The notes beneath the pieces were generated by a model, which was not told the origin of the DNA, made no database searches, and was given only the letters and a program-made list of their open reading frames with translations. 64,000 nt of DNA from Trueperaceae bacterium (lineage in GTDB: Bacteria; Deinococcota; Deinococci; Deinococcales; Trueperaceae), in NCBI GenBank assembly GCA_965213925.1, contig OZ243927.1, forward strand, positions 1,632,001-1,696,000. The letters run 5' to 3'. Made by a program: the position numbers and the translations under genes. The stretch's first letter is position 1; each line of letters opens with the position of its first letter. This document shows positions 1 through 10,491 of the stretch, in pieces.

Positions 1-32
1 AGCCCTTCGCTGTTTCAGGATGTCACCCTGGC

Positions 33-3000
33 CTACAGCGTTTGCTCCAAGTAACCTAAGAGCTTGCTCTCGTCCACAGGCTTGCTCAGGTACTCGTTGG
101 CACCGAGCGCAAAGGCTAGGTCCATGTGCTTAGCACCCGCGCGCGTCGTCATGACGCAGATGGGCGTCGTTTCGGTCTCGCTACGGCGGCGCACCGCTTC
201 AATCAACTCGTAGCCGTTCATACGCGGCATCTCCAAGTCGGTCAAAATCGCGTCGAAGGTTTCACCGCGCATGACGATGTCAAAGGCGTCCTGACCGTCC
301 ACGGCTGTCGTAACGTCGTAACCGGCACGCTCCAACATCTTGCCGACCACGCGCCGCACGCTGACCGAGTCGTCCGCGAGTAGCACGCGCTGGACGCTCT
401 TGGGCGTGAAGACAGGGGTTTGCGCACGCACTTCGGCGGGCTGGTTGGCTTCTTTCGCCAAGCGGGTGAGTCCGGTGGGCTCGAGCAGCAACACGACTTC
501 GTTCGTGCTCGAGACCGTCGCCCCCGAGAGGTAGTAGAGCTTGGCTAAGGTGTCGCCCAAAGGCTTGATGACGACCTCGTCAATTTCATCGAAGGCGTCC
601 ACGATGAGCGCTAAGCGTTCACCGGCAGCCTCGAGGATGACGAGCGACACCGTGTCGGTCTCCGCACTCGGCAAGCCTAAGAGGTCCGCCAAGTTATAGA
701 TCGGCACCGCCTGACCTTCGAAGGCGACGCTGCCCTCGTTCGCGCGTTCACGCGAGATCGTGCGAAGCTCGCGCACCGTGTTGAGCGAGAAGGCGTACGC
801 CTGACCGCTTACGCGCACCGTCAAGGCTTCTGACACGAGGAGCGTCAAGGGCAGCTTGAGCGAGAAGCGCGTGCCCTGCCCCGGCTTGGTGAAGACCTGA
901 ATCTCCCCTTTGAGCCGCTGGATATTGGTCGCGACCGCGTCCATCCCGACGCCTCGACCCGCTTCCGTGGTGACGGACTCAGCAGTCGAAAGACCGGGGA
1001 TGAACATGAGTTGGAGCGCCTCTTGGTCGTTCATGGCGTCCACGTCGTCCTGCTTTCGGAAGCCCTTCTCGACGGCTTTGCGGCGCAAGCTGTCGGCGTT
1101 GACGCCCGCGCCGTCATCTTCAACGTCGATGACGATGCTGTTTCCTTGCAGGTACGCGCGTAAAGAGACTGTTCCTTCGGGCTCCTTACCTTGCTTCTCG
1201 CGCACCTCGCGCGGCTCGACGCCGTGCGCGATGGCGTTCTTGACCAAGTGGAGCATGGGGTCGGTGATCTCTTCCAAAATCGCGTTGTCGATTTCGGCGC
1301 TCTCGCCGCTCGTCTTCATGCGGTAGGCTTTGTCCGCGCTGGACTGCACCAAGCGGCTCAGGCGGCTGAAGAGCTGCCCGACGGGAACCATACGCGCCCG
1401 GCTGACCTCGCTGCGCAGCGCACGCGAAATCTTCTGCAAGTTCTCGGTCTCGTCCTCGAAGCCCTCGACGATGTTGCTGAGCTGACCCTGAATCTCGTCC
1501 AAGTCGTTCGACATCTCGGCGATGGAGCGTGCCAAAATGTTGAGGTCGTTATAGGTGTCGAACTCCAACTCGTCGAACATCTCTTGGACGGGCGCGTTAG
1601 TTTTCGGCGCTTGCGTTGCCTGTTTTTGCCCGCTCTGCTGGCGCAACTTTTCGGCGCTCTGCGCGGCTAGGCGCGGGTTCAAGTACTGCTCCTCGAAGTC
1701 GTTGATGGTGCGCGTCATGCGTCCCTGGCTGAGCGCCAAGAGCTGACGGATTTCGCCTAACTGACCGAGCTGAAGCCCTAAGCGCGAACGCTGCGCAACC
1801 GTTTCACCCGCTAAGTTCATCAGCGTGTCGAGCTTGTCCAAGCCGACGCGAATCGTGCGGACGCTCTTGGGCGCACTGCGAACGGGCGCGACCTCTTGGA
1901 CGGCCTGTTGCACGGCGCTGGGCTGAGCCGCTTCTGCTGTAGGCAGCGCAATCCCTAAGAGCGACGCTAAACGGGTCTGCAACTCGGGTAGGCGCGTCTC
2001 GAGTTCCGTCTCGTCACCCTCAGCCGCGCTAAGCATCATCGCCATAACGCGCGTGCCCTCTAAGAGCGCCTCATGGACCTCTCTGTCAAAGGGCAGTTCG
2101 GTCTCGCGGACCTCCGCCATCAAGTCTTCGACCAAGTGACCCAAGTCGCCCAGAGGCTGGAGGTCGACCGTGTACGACGAGCCCTTGATGGTGTGCGCGG
2201 AGCGGAAGAGCTGCGCCATCTGCTCGTCGCTCAGTTCGCCCGCTTCGGGGTTCACCTCGGCGAGCGTGTCCTGCATGGCGTCTAGGTGCTCCTCGACCTC
2301 GGGTTTGAAGTACTCCCAGATGTCGGCGGCGTTGGCGGCGTAGAAGGCGCGTAAATCTGCCGTAAGTGTTGCAACGGGCATAACCTCTTCGGGTTGTACC
2401 TCTTCGCCCAAATTTTCAGAGGCAACGTCAGCGCTCTCGAGCCCCTCTTCTTCAACCTCTTCTTGCGGCATCTCCTCGCCTAAGAGTTCGGCTAAGCGCC
2501 TGCGAACATCTAAGAGGCTATCTTCTAAGCCGACCTCACGCCCCTCGGCGGTCTGGATCATCTTCTCTAAAGTGTCCGTTCCGTCGGATAAGGCTTGCAC
2601 GGTGGGCTCGTCGAAGGGTTTATCCGCTTCGCGCACGCCCATCATGAGGTCTTCTAACTTGTGCGCGAGGTCGCCGAAGGGGTTCAGCCCGACCATGTAC
2701 GCCGCACCCTTGAGGGTGTGCATGGCGCGGAAGAGTACCGTGATGCTCTCCTCGTCGATCTCTTTGCCGAGCGTGTCGCGCACCAACTCGACGTGCTCTT
2801 CGACCTCTAAGGGGAAGAACTCCCACACGTCGCCATTCTGCACGCGGAAGCGGCGCAGCTCTTGGGTGAGCGTGACTTTCGCCGCCTCTTGCGCAATTTG
2901 CTCCTTCTGCCCTTGCCCCGCTTTGCGGATGAAGAGCGCGGGGTGCGCCTTGACGAGTTCCATGAGCAGCCTGCTGCCGCCCAGCTCGACTAGCTCGAGC

Positions 3001-3353
3001 CCCAAGTCGCCCTCTTCTTCGCCGCCCGAAATGCGCCCGAGTGCGCCTTGCAAACAGACCGTGACCTGTTCCAAAAAGCCTAACAAGCGCTCCGAGTCGG
3101 CTTCGGCGATTTCGTGACCGTTCTCTAAAAGCTGCTCGACCATCTCCGCGAGTTTGGAGACCTGCGGGTAGCCGTACAGCGCAGCCGTTCCCTTGAGGCG
3201 GTGGCTGACCACCGCCAGACTCTTGATCGTGCCCTCTTGCTCGCCCGCTTTAAGCTCCTGGGTGGCGCTTTCAAAGGTCGAAAGCGCGTCCCAGGCGTCG
3301 AGCAAGAAGCTCTCTTGGAGGTCGTTAGGGGTGTTGTTTACGTTATCCATCAT
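33..3353 (-). CDS. cheA: Hybrid chemosensory histidine kinase (CheA/ChpA-like): three Hpt domains, dimerisation, HATPase, CheW, C-terminal REC
   Basis: Three Hpt motifs (SHRLKG, MHTLKG, AHTIKG); HLVKNAIAHGVE, DDGAG, GRGVGMD; REC domain with TDLEMP and SKP. Confidence 0.93.
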   Translation of the reverse strand: MMDNVNNTPNDLQESFLLDAWDALSTFESATQELKAGEQEGTIKSLAVVSHRLKGTAALYGYPQVSKLAEMVEQLLENGHEIAEADSERLLGFLEQVTVCLQGALGRISGGEEEGDLGLELVELGGSRLLMELVKAHPALFIRKAGQGQKEQIAQEAAKVTLTQELRRFRVQNGDVWEFFPLEVEEHVELVRDTLGKEIDEESITVLFRAMHTLKGAAYMVGLNPFGDLAHKLEDLMMGVREADKPFDEPTVQALSDGTDTLEKMIQTAEGREVGLEDSLLDVRRRLAELLGEEMPQEEVEEEGLESADVASENLGEEVQPEEVMPVATLTADLRAFYAANAADIWEYFKPEVEEHLDAMQDTLAEVNPEAGELSDEQMAQLFRSAHTIKGSSYTVDLQPLGDLGHLVEDLMAEVRETELPFDREVHEALLEGTRVMAMMLSAAEGDETELETRLPELQTRLASLLGIALPTAEAAQPSAVQQAVQEVAPVRSAPKSVRTIRVGLDKLDTLMNLAGETVAQRSRLGLQLGQLGEIRQLLALSQGRMTRTINDFEEQYLNPRLAAQSAEKLRQQSGQKQATQAPKTNAPVQEMFDELEFDTYNDLNILARSIAEMSNDLDEIQGQLSNIVEGFEDETENLQKISRALRSEVSRARMVPVGQLFSRLSRLVQSSADKAYRMKTSGESAEIDNAILEEITDPMLHLVKNAIAHGVEPREVREKQGKEPEGTVSLRAYLQGNSIVIDVEDDGAGVNADSLRRKAVEKGFRKQDDVDAMNDQEALQLMFIPGLSTAESVTTEAGRGVGMDAVATNIQRLKGEIQVFTKPGQGTRFSLKLPLTLLVSEALTVRVSGQAYAFSLNTVRELRTISRERANEGSVAFEGQAVPIYNLADLLGLPSAETDTVSLVILEAAGERLALIVDAFDEIDEVVIKPLGDTLAKLYYLSGATVSSTNEVVLLLEPTGLTRLAKEANQPAEVRAQTPVFTPKSVQRVLLADDSVSVRRVVGKMLERAGYDVTTAVDGQDAFDIVMRGETFDAILTDLEMPRMNGYELIEAVRRRSETETTPICVMTTRAGAKHMDLAFALGANEYLSKPVDESKLLGYLEQTL

Positions 3354-5689
3354 GCATTCAGGCGGAAGCGCGAGAGACTCTCAGAAAGTTGGGCGGCGAG
3401 CTGCTGCAATTTCTCGGCGGCGTCACGCCCTTGCGTCACGCTACCTTGTGAGGCTTGCGAAATCTCGGTCATGGTCTGAACGATCTCGTTCACGCCCTCC
3501 ACGCCCTGCACCTGCTCCTGCGTTGCTCGTGAGATGAAGCGGGCGAGTTCGGCGGACTTCGTGGAGATGTCTGCAATCTCGCGGAGGCGCTGTCCGGCTT
3601 CGGTGGCGACCTTGTAACCCGTCTCCACCTCTTTCGACCCGCTCTCGGTCAGTTCGGCGACCTCGTTAATCTCGCTCTGAAGCTCACGGATAATTGAGGC
3701 GACCTGACGCGCCGCGTTCGCGGAGTCTTCCGCCAGTTCTTGCACCTCGGTTGCCACAGTTGCGAAGCGTTTGCCCGCTTCACCCGCACCTGCCGCCTCC
3801 AGTGACGCGGAGAGCGCCAAGAGGTTCGTCTGCGAGGCGATGCGCGAGATCGAGCGGACGATACCGGAAATCTCGTCCGAACGCTGCGTCAAGCTCTTCG
3901 TACGTTCGGTAATCGACTGCACCTCGTTACGGATGCCCTCCATACCTTTAAGCGTGTTCTGCACGGCGGTTTCACCCTGGCGCGAGGCTTCCAGCGCCTG
4001 CGTCGAAGCGTTCGCCGACTCGTCCGCCTGCTGCGCCATCTTACGAATCGAGTCCGTGACCTGCTCGGTCTCGGCGCGTGCCCGCTCCGCTTCGGCGGCT
4101 TGCCGCTGGGCGCTCTGCGCGATTGATTCGGTGGTGGCAATCATCTCGGACGCGCCCTCATTCACCGACAGCGCGGCGTCTCTCGTCTGACCTAAGAGGT
4201 ACGCGACCTCTTCGACCATGACGTTAATCGCGTCAACGATGTTGCCGAGAACGTCCTCGGAGACGTTGCCGCGCTTCGTGAAGTCGCCCTCGGCGATGTC
4301 CATCGCGACGTCAAGGAACGCGCCAACGTTGGCTTGGAGTTGGGCGCTCTGCTGGCGCTCGAGTTCGTTTCTCTCCTCAATCTGACGCAGCTCGGTAATC
4401 GCTAGGTTAAACGAGCCCGCCAGTGTACCGAGTTCGTCTTTCGTGCCGACTTTGGCAAAGCGCGAAAAGTCTCCCTTACCGACGCGCTCCGCCACCGTCG
4501 CGAGTTCGTCCACCGGGCGCGTGATCTGCCGCGCGATGTAAACGACGAGCAGTGCAATGAGCGCGAGACCCAGAGCCAGAGCGCCGAGCGTGAGAAAGAG
4601 GCTGCGACGCGCTTCGGCGACTCGAGCGTCTAAACGTTTCACCAGCACGTCGAGCGAAGCGTTGTAGGACGTAATAAAAGCGTCGATAATCTCGGTCATC
4701 TGGTCGAAGTAGAGCGTCGAGCCGTAGGTGAGCGCGTCCGGGTTTTCGGCGTTTAGAAGTGCTTCGTTGGTGAGCGAAAGCGCGGTTGGACCAAGCGGCA
4801 GCGCATCGCTTAGCGCCAGCGAACCGCTCAGTTCTGGGTCAGCGTCGAAGATGTAGCTCGAGGCTAAGTTCACGCTTCTGAGGTAATCGTTGACCTCACC
4901 GACCATCGCGGTAAGCACGGTGGCGTTTTGCTGCGTCATCTGACCGCTCGCCAAGACCCCCGCACCGTAACCGCGCATCCGTCCCAATGTCTCAGTGAGG
5001 TTGGGCAGGTCGCGGGTCACGAGTTCGGAGAGGTAAACGATCTCTTGTCTATTGTCAAACTTGAGTGTGGAGGTGTTGCCCGCTGCGGCGAGCGTCAAGA
5101 AGAGTTCGTTTTGCAGCCAAGCGGTGTGCATGTTGAAGACTTCGCCCGAAGGGAGCGTAAAGAGGTTTTCCTCGATGTTGCGCCAGCCCGCTTCTAGGTC
5201 GGCGAGTTGGCTCGAGAGTTGCAGGTTGTCGTCCACCTGCGTTTCGAACGCCAAAACTTCCGCGAGGTTGGCGTTGACTTGCGCTTGCAAGTTGTCGCGG
5301 CGCTCCGCAACCGATTCGTTACCGTTGCGAAAGGCGTTGGTAATCCCCCGGTGCTGCGGTACGAGTTGCACCAGGTCGCCCGCTTCGCGCAAGAAGAGCG
5401 CTCCCTGGTCTTTTTGCAGCGCCGTGCTCACGTTTTGCTGGAGTGACGCGGCGTAGAAAAACACGAAGATGACAAGGGGTAAGGTGAGCGACGCCGCGAT
5501 AAGCGCCAGCTTCTGCCAGATTTTGAGGTTGGCGAGCAGACTGCCTGATGTGCTGCTACCAGTATTCTTAGCTGCCTTCTTAGGCGCAGCCCGCTTCTTC
5601 TTAACCTTGCGCGTCTTCCGCGCCTTCGTCCCCTCACTCACCCCCTGTTGGGTGGGCTCGAGTCTTTCAATTTCAGGTGTATTGTCCAT
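3350..5689 (-). CDS. Methyl-accepting chemotaxis protein (2 TM, NIT-like sensor, HAMP, MCP signalling domain)
   Basis: IASQTNLLALSASLEAAGAGEAGKRFATVA hairpin; HAMP (ITRPV...DELGTLA); QHRG and ETLGRMRG motifs resemble NIT domains. Confidence 0.92.
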   Translation of the reverse strand: MDNTPEIERLEPTQQGVSEGTKARKTRKVKKKRAAPKKAAKNTGSSTSGSLLANLKIWQKLALIAASLTLPLVIFVFFYAASLQQNVSTALQKDQGALFLREAGDLVQLVPQHRGITNAFRNGNESVAERRDNLQAQVNANLAEVLAFETQVDDNLQLSSQLADLEAGWRNIEENLFTLPSGEVFNMHTAWLQNELFLTLAAAGNTSTLKFDNRQEIVYLSELVTRDLPNLTETLGRMRGYGAGVLASGQMTQQNATVLTAMVGEVNDYLRSVNLASSYIFDADPELSGSLALSDALPLGPTALSLTNEALLNAENPDALTYGSTLYFDQMTEIIDAFITSYNASLDVLVKRLDARVAEARRSLFLTLGALALGLALIALLVVYIARQITRPVDELATVAERVGKGDFSRFAKVGTKDELGTLAGSFNLAITELRQIEERNELERQQSAQLQANVGAFLDVAMDIAEGDFTKRGNVSEDVLGNIVDAINVMVEEVAYLLGQTRDAALSVNEGASEMIATTESIAQSAQRQAAEAERARAETEQVTDSIRKMAQQADESANASTQALEASRQGETAVQNTLKGMEGIRNEVQSITERTKSLTQRSDEISGIVRSISRIASQTNLLALSASLEAAGAGEAGKRFATVATEVQELAEDSANAARQVASIIRELQSEINEVAELTESGSKEVETGYKVATEAGQRLREIADISTKSAELARFISRATQEQVQGVEGVNEIVQTMTEISQASQGSVTQGRDAAEKLQQLAAQLSESLSRFRLNA

Positions 5690-5712
5690 GTAAAATGTTT
5701 TCTCCTAGATGT

Positions 5713-5743
5713 TCAGCCGCGCCCCCCAAAGAAGCGCGGCTGA
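5713..5743. terminator. GC-rich hairpin between the two MCP genes (possible terminator or mRNA-stabilising stem)
   Basis: TCAGCCGCGC...GCGCGGCTGA inverted repeat. Confidence 0.45.
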
Positions 5744-5766
5744 GAGAAGAGGTTGGTTGATTGCTG

Positions 5767-5998
5767 TGTCACCCTGAGCCGAAGGCGTGAGGGTCTCGTC
5801 CCGCAATCTCAGCAAGAGGAGTCGGCAAGGTCAGAGATTCTTACGCTCCACTTCGTTCCGCTCAGAATGACAAATTGTTATGTCACCCTGTTCACGAAGT
5901 AGAGCGAAGCTTCGGCGAAGGCGTGAGGGTCTCGCCTTTCACTCTCCGCTAGAGGAGTCAGCAAGGGCAGAGATTCTTTCACTGCGTTCAGAATGACA
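5767..5998. repeat. Two tandem REP/REPIN-like elements (5767-5872, 5881-5998)
   Basis: Each begins TGTCACCCTG and ends CAGAATGACA, sharing GAAGGCGTGAGGGTCTCG, AGAGGAGTC-GCAAGG and CAGAGATTCTT. Confidence 0.8.
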
Positions 5999-6007
5999 AG
6001 GGGGGCG

Positions 6008-8401
6008 TTAGTTCAAGCGGAAGCGCTCCAAGTTCGAGGTGAGGTTAGACGCCAACTGCTGGAGTCTCTCCGCCGTCTGGCGACCCTCTTGTCCCGTCTC
6101 ACGTGCGCGGACCGAAATCTGCGCCATCGACTGGACCTTAGAACCTACTTGTTCCACGCCTGATACCTGCTGATCCGTAGCGGCTGAAATCTGCTGGGCG
6201 AGTTGCGCGGACTGGGTGACGATCTCCGCAATTTCACGGAGACGTTCCCCCGCTTGCGTGGCGACGCGGTAGCCGGTTTCCACCTCGCGCGTTCCGTCCT
6301 CAACCGAGCCGATAACTTCTTGAACCTCTGCCTGAACGTTCTTAATCAAACCGGCGATACGCTGGGTGGCGCGCTCACTATCCTCCGCCAGCTTGCGCAC
6401 CTCACCTGCAACGATGGCGAAACGGCTGCCGGCTTCCCCTGCACCCGACGCCTCGATCGCGGCGTTAAGCGCCAAGAGGTTCGTCTGCGCGGAGATGTTG
6501 GAAATGGTATCGACAATCTCGGAAATTTCCAAGGAGCGGTCCCCTAAGCTCTTGATACGCTTCGAGATCGACTGCACCTCGCGGCGGATGCCTTGCATAC
6601 CTTCCAGGGTGTCCGTCACCGCGGCTTCACCTTGGCGGGACGCCTCGAGCGCACGCTGAGACGCCGTAGCGGACTGCGACGCACTCTGTGACATCTGGCG
6701 AATCGAGGTCGTGACCTCTTGAACGTTGTGCTCTGCGAGCTGCGCTTGGCTCGCCGCTTCATCTGACGAGGCGCTAATAGCGTCGGTAATGTTAAGCATC
6801 TCTTGCGAACCCTGGTTGACCGAGAGGGTGGCTTCTTGAACGTCACGGAGGAGGTACGCGACCTCTTCAACCATCAGGTTAATCGCGTCAACAACGTTCC
6901 CGAGAACGTCTTCTGAAACTGCGCCGCGCTTGGTCAAGTCGCCGTCGGCGATGTCCATCGCGACGTCGAGGAACGAACCGATGTTCGCCTGGAGCATTTC
7001 ACGCTGGCGGCGCTCTTCGTCGCGGTCTTCCTCGGTCTGCACCATGCCGCGCAGACGGACCGTCGTCTGGTTGAGCGAGTTCGCTAAGAGCCCCAGCTCA
7101 TCGTTGGATTTAATGTCGAGAAGTTGCGATAAGTCACCGCGTCCGATGCGGCGAGCGGCGAAGGTGAGCTTGTAGAGCGGCGCGGTGATGCTGCGTGCGA
7201 AGAGCACCGCTAAGATACTGGCGACCACTGCGGCGATACCACCGATGATGATCGCTTGAATCGTGATCTGATAAACGGCGGCGAGCGCTTCGCCGACTTC
7301 CTGGCGGATGACGACGACGAAGCCTAAGTCTGCGACGGCACTTAAAACCTGCTCCTCGAGCGTTCCCGCACCTTCGGCCACGTCCTCGTCCGCTGTAACA
7401 GCCTTGTAGCTATAAAGGACCTCTTGACCGTTGCCACCGATAAATCGATCTGAGCCCTGCGCGGCTTGGGCGAACGCTGCCGTAAACGCAGCAACGTCAA
7501 GTTCGCTGTTTTCCACGTCGCGGGGGTCGTAAATGATGCTGCCGTCCGCCTGCGCGAGCACGGCGTAGCCGGTCTCTTCGAAAGCAGGTTTTGCGACTTT
7601 AGTAAAGAGCGCGGAAGCGTCGAGCGTCGAGCGAAGAACGCCGATGATCTCTTGTGAGGATTCTGCGTACATAGGCACGGCGATGTCGAGCGCCACCGAA
7701 CCCGCACTGGCGTCAAGCTCGGGCGGCGAGATATAGACTGCGCCCGCGCCACCATTCCAAGCGGCTTGCCACCAGCCCTCGTCAGCCTGGTCGTAGTCAC
7801 CGAGCGTACCCGAAGAGGCGACGGTTGCACCGTAGCGGTCTGTAATGAAGACCTCTAAGTGCTCGCTAAAGCCGCTCATGAACTTATCAAATACGGTGAC
7901 AGCGGGCGTCACTGCGGCGTCGGTGAGAACCTGAAACTCGGCGGCGGTTGCGCCGGTTTGCGCGTAGAGTGCGTCTAGTGCGTCGATGCTGAGTGCGATT
8001 TCTTCTTCGCTACCCGTGTAGCTGGCGTTACGCGCTTCGATAGCTTGGCTCAGAATCTCTGAAAAGGAGAGCACCTGAACGCGGCTCGCCTCTTCAGTGA
8101 AAAAGAGGGACAAAATATCGGCGAGTTCTTCCGCAGAGGCAGTCTGCTCTCGCGTAATCTCTTCAGTCAGCGCGGTGCGCGTGTTTGTCGTAACAGTGAC
8201 GATGGTCGCGAGGAGCGCCACACCTAGAAGGCTGATGATAATCGCGGGCAGCTTGACCGAGAGCGACAAGACGCTCATCTGGTTTTCGCGCGCGCTCGCG
8301 CGCTTCTTGCCGCCTTTTTTCACCTTCCTGACCTTTTTAGTCTTAGGCGATGCCCCTGCGTTTTGCGGGGGGATGACTTGGGGTTCGGATTGATCCATCA
8401 A
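6008..8401 (-). CDS. Methyl-accepting chemotaxis protein (PilJ-like; dCache-like sensor, HAMP)
   Basis: [30 protein letters not shown]; sensor contains [13 protein letters not shown] and YISPPELD (Cache-like). Confidence 0.92.
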   Translation of the reverse strand: MMDQSEPQVIPPQNAGASPKTKKVRKVKKGGKKRASARENQMSVLSLSVKLPAIIISLLGVALLATIVTVTTNTRTALTEEITREQTASAEELADILSLFFTEEASRVQVLSFSEILSQAIEARNASYTGSEEEIALSIDALDALYAQTGATAAEFQVLTDAAVTPAVTVFDKFMSGFSEHLEVFITDRYGATVASSGTLGDYDQADEGWWQAAWNGGAGAVYISPPELDASAGSVALDIAVPMYAESSQEIIGVLRSTLDASALFTKVAKPAFEETGYAVLAQADGSIIYDPRDVENSELDVAAFTAAFAQAAQGSDRFIGGNGQEVLYSYKAVTADEDVAEGAGTLEEQVLSAVADLGFVVVIRQEVGEALAAVYQITIQAIIIGGIAAVVASILAVLFARSITAPLYKLTFAARRIGRGDLSQLLDIKSNDELGLLANSLNQTTVRLRGMVQTEEDRDEERRQREMLQANIGSFLDVAMDIADGDLTKRGAVSEDVLGNVVDAINLMVEEVAYLLRDVQEATLSVNQGSQEMLNITDAISASSDEAASQAQLAEHNVQEVTTSIRQMSQSASQSATASQRALEASRQGEAAVTDTLEGMQGIRREVQSISKRIKSLGDRSLEISEIVDTISNISAQTNLLALNAAIEASGAGEAGSRFAIVAGEVRKLAEDSERATQRIAGLIKNVQAEVQEVIGSVEDGTREVETGYRVATQAGERLREIAEIVTQSAQLAQQISAATDQQVSGVEQVGSKVQSMAQISVRARETGQEGRQTAERLQQLASNLTSNLERFRLN

Positions 8402-8408
8402 GGGCTCC

Positions 8409-8876
8409 TCATATGACCTCGAGCTGCTGCTCGAGGGCCTTAAATAGGGTGGGAATATTGAGAACGGTGACGCTTTCGCCCGACTGCTTGACCTCGCCTA
8501 AGCCATAGTGCTGCATTTCGGCGGAGGCGCTTTTAAGGGGCATTAGAGCAGAGCGGTCGAGCGCCGAAAAGCCTACGACCTCATCGATTTTGAGCGCTAC
8601 GAAGCGGTCTTCATAGGTGATGAGCGCGGCGAGGTCGGCTTTATTCGAGCCGCCTTCAAGCGCTAAGAGGGGCGCGAGGTCGATGAGCGGCAAGACGCTG
8701 CCGCGCACCGCGAAAACTCCTAAGAGGCTCTCAGCGGAGCGCGGGACGGGCGTGAGGTTGGGAACCGTCACGACCTGCTGCATGTAGCCGCCTTCAATGG
8801 CGAAAAGCTGACCGCCTAGGCGGAAAAAGCAAGCGGCATTGACCGTGGGTGCGGCTTGAGGTGCTGCTGACGGCAT
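8409..8876 (-). CDS. cheW: CheW-family coupling protein (PilI-like)
   Basis: [27 protein letters not shown]. Confidence 0.9.
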   Translation of the reverse strand: MPSAAPQAAPTVNAACFFRLGGQLFAIEGGYMQQVVTVPNLTPVPRSAESLLGVFAVRGSVLPLIDLAPLLALEGGSNKADLAALITYEDRFVALKIDEVVGFSALDRSALMPLKSASAEMQHYGLGEVKQSGESVTVLNIPTLFKALEQQLEVI

Positions 8877-9236
8877 TTAGACGTGGTTCTGGACAGCCGA
8901 AAGGATGGAGTCGGGTGTGAAGGGCTTGGTCACGTAGTCAGCGGCACCTTGGCGCTTACCCCAGCGGATGTCGGTGTCTTCGCTCTTGGAGGAAACCAAA
9001 ATCACGGGGATGTCTTTGGTGGCGGCGTTGCGGCGCAGACCGCGCAAGACTTCGTAGCCGTTACGCGCGGGCATGACGATATCTAACATGATGAGGTCGG
9101 GCTTGTCCGCCGCGACTTTGTCCTCGACGGCGGTCGCGTCGGTATAGCTGCTCACGGAGTGGTTCGCGCCTTTTAAGATGCCCGCGAGCATATCGATGGT
9201 CGCCTGTGAATCGTCGATCAGAGTGATCTTTGCCAT
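8877..9236 (-). CDS. Single-domain response regulator (PilH/CheY-like)
   Basis: IDDS, LDIVMP, VSSK, WGKRQGA, YVTKP; first gene of the operon with an AGGAGG RBS. Confidence 0.92.
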   Translation of the reverse strand: MAKITLIDDSQATIDMLAGILKGANHSVSSYTDATAVEDKVAADKPDLIMLDIVMPARNGYEVLRGLRRNAATKDIPVILVSSKSEDTDIRWGKRQGAADYVTKPFTPDSILSAVQNHV

Positions 9237-9708
9237 GTGTGTTTCCTCCTCAGGAAAGTGGACGTGTGTCCAAAAAATAGAGATGAAGTGTAAAGAGTAA
9301 AGTCCGACAAAATTCTTACGAAACGCGTCTATGGGTGTTTGAATCCTTCAACCTCAGTCGTCACACTCCTCGTGTAGTCGCCGCTTGCGTAGATGGTATG
9401 GAATAAATGCGTGTCGAACAGGTACGAGGCGGCTTTACGCCCTCAATTATGAGTCGTGAGGGTGCGGCTAGGCTGGTAAGTTTTCAACGTGAACAAGGGG
9501 GGATTTTTCACTCTTGAACGCGCCGCACAGCGCACCGCTGAGCGCGTTTCTGAGAAATTTGAGAACGTGAGTCGCGAGAGCTGCGCCCACAACGTACTCC
9601 GTCAGCAAACCGGGATAGGGCAAGGTTCAGCCCGCGCTTTTGCTCGTCCGCCGGATGTGAAAAATCAACTGTGTAGGGCTCACAGCAGGAAGTGGCTTGC
9701 GGCGCAGC

Positions 9709-9739
9709 AAAAAGTAAGAGGCGATTAGAGATCGCCTCT
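9709..9739 (-). terminator. Probable intrinsic terminator downstream of the FmdB-like gene
   Basis: AGAGGCGAT/ATCGCCTCT stem followed by TACTTTTT on the minus strand. Confidence 0.6.
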
Positions 9740-9799
9740 GTATCGTCAAACTGGTTTTAAGGTGTAGTCTTAGTGCAGCGTTAAGTAAAAAGTGAGTTG

Positions 9800-9903
9800 T
9801 GTCATTCTGAGCGGAGCGAAGCGGAGTCGAAGAATCTCTGACCTTGCTGACTCCTCTGACAAAGAATGCAAGGCGAGACCCCTCGACTGGGCTCGGGGTG
9901 ACA
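9800..9903. repeat. Third copy of the REP-like element, inverted
   Basis: TGTCATTCTGAGCGGAGCGAAG...AAGAATCTCTGACCTTGCTGACTCCTCT...GGGTGACA is a near reverse complement of the 5767 and 5881 copies. Confidence 0.8.
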
Positions 9904-10005
9904 ACAGTGTCGCATTCCTTGCTTAACGGTGTAGCTAGTGTAGTTAAAGAGGTTCATGAACAAGTCAAGAGGTTGCAACGCTCTGTCATGAGTCCTCCGA
10001 ATTTG

Positions 10006-10320
10006 TCAGTCCTTCGCGCTCGCTTTAGCGGTCTCTTTGGGCTCGCTCTTTTTATCGCTCTTACTCGTCTCTTTACCCTCGGTTTTACTCTCGGACTTAC
10101 CCACGTCGTCCTTCTTCTCGCTGGTCGTCTCTTTGGGGGAGCTGGTTCTCGAGTCGGTCACGTAAAAACCCGAGCCCTTAAAGGCGATGCCCACAGGCTG
10201 AATGAGGCGCTTGACGGGCTCGCCCGTTTCGGGGTGCTCGGTCAAGGCGCTCTCAGTAATGCGCTGCTGAAGCTCAAAGGTCTCGCCGGTGATGAGATTT
10301 TTATAAACGTAGACAGGCAT
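10006..10320 (-). CDS. FmdB-family regulatory protein (Cys-less zinc-ribbon variant)
   Basis: MPVYVYK...FELQQRITE...HPETGEPVKRLIQPVGIAFKGSGFYVTD; start moved to the ATG at 10320. Confidence 0.85.
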   Translation of the reverse strand: MPVYVYKNLITGETFELQQRITESALTEHPETGEPVKRLIQPVGIAFKGSGFYVTDSRTSSPKETTSEKKDDVGKSESKTEGKETSKSDKKSEPKETAKASAKD

Positions 10321-10491
10321 GGGCTGGTCCTCCGCAAAACGCAGTACCCCATAGGGGACATAAGTCATCTCGTTGCAGATGCTCTCGGTCGGTCAAGGGG
10401 TGTTCCGTGCGCATAGGGTGAATGATGTTCGGGTCGTATCGCTGCAGCGATAACAAGCGATTCACTATATCATCCCTGTTAAGCTAGGGCG

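Noticed and set aside
5767..5998. CRISPR or tRNA-like repeats
   Set aside because: Only two long palindromic units with a dispersed inverted copy; fits REP-like elements and forms no cloverleaf
9844..10416. 190-aa plus-strand ORF
   Set aside because: Shadow of the FmdB-like gene; starts inside a REP-like repeat
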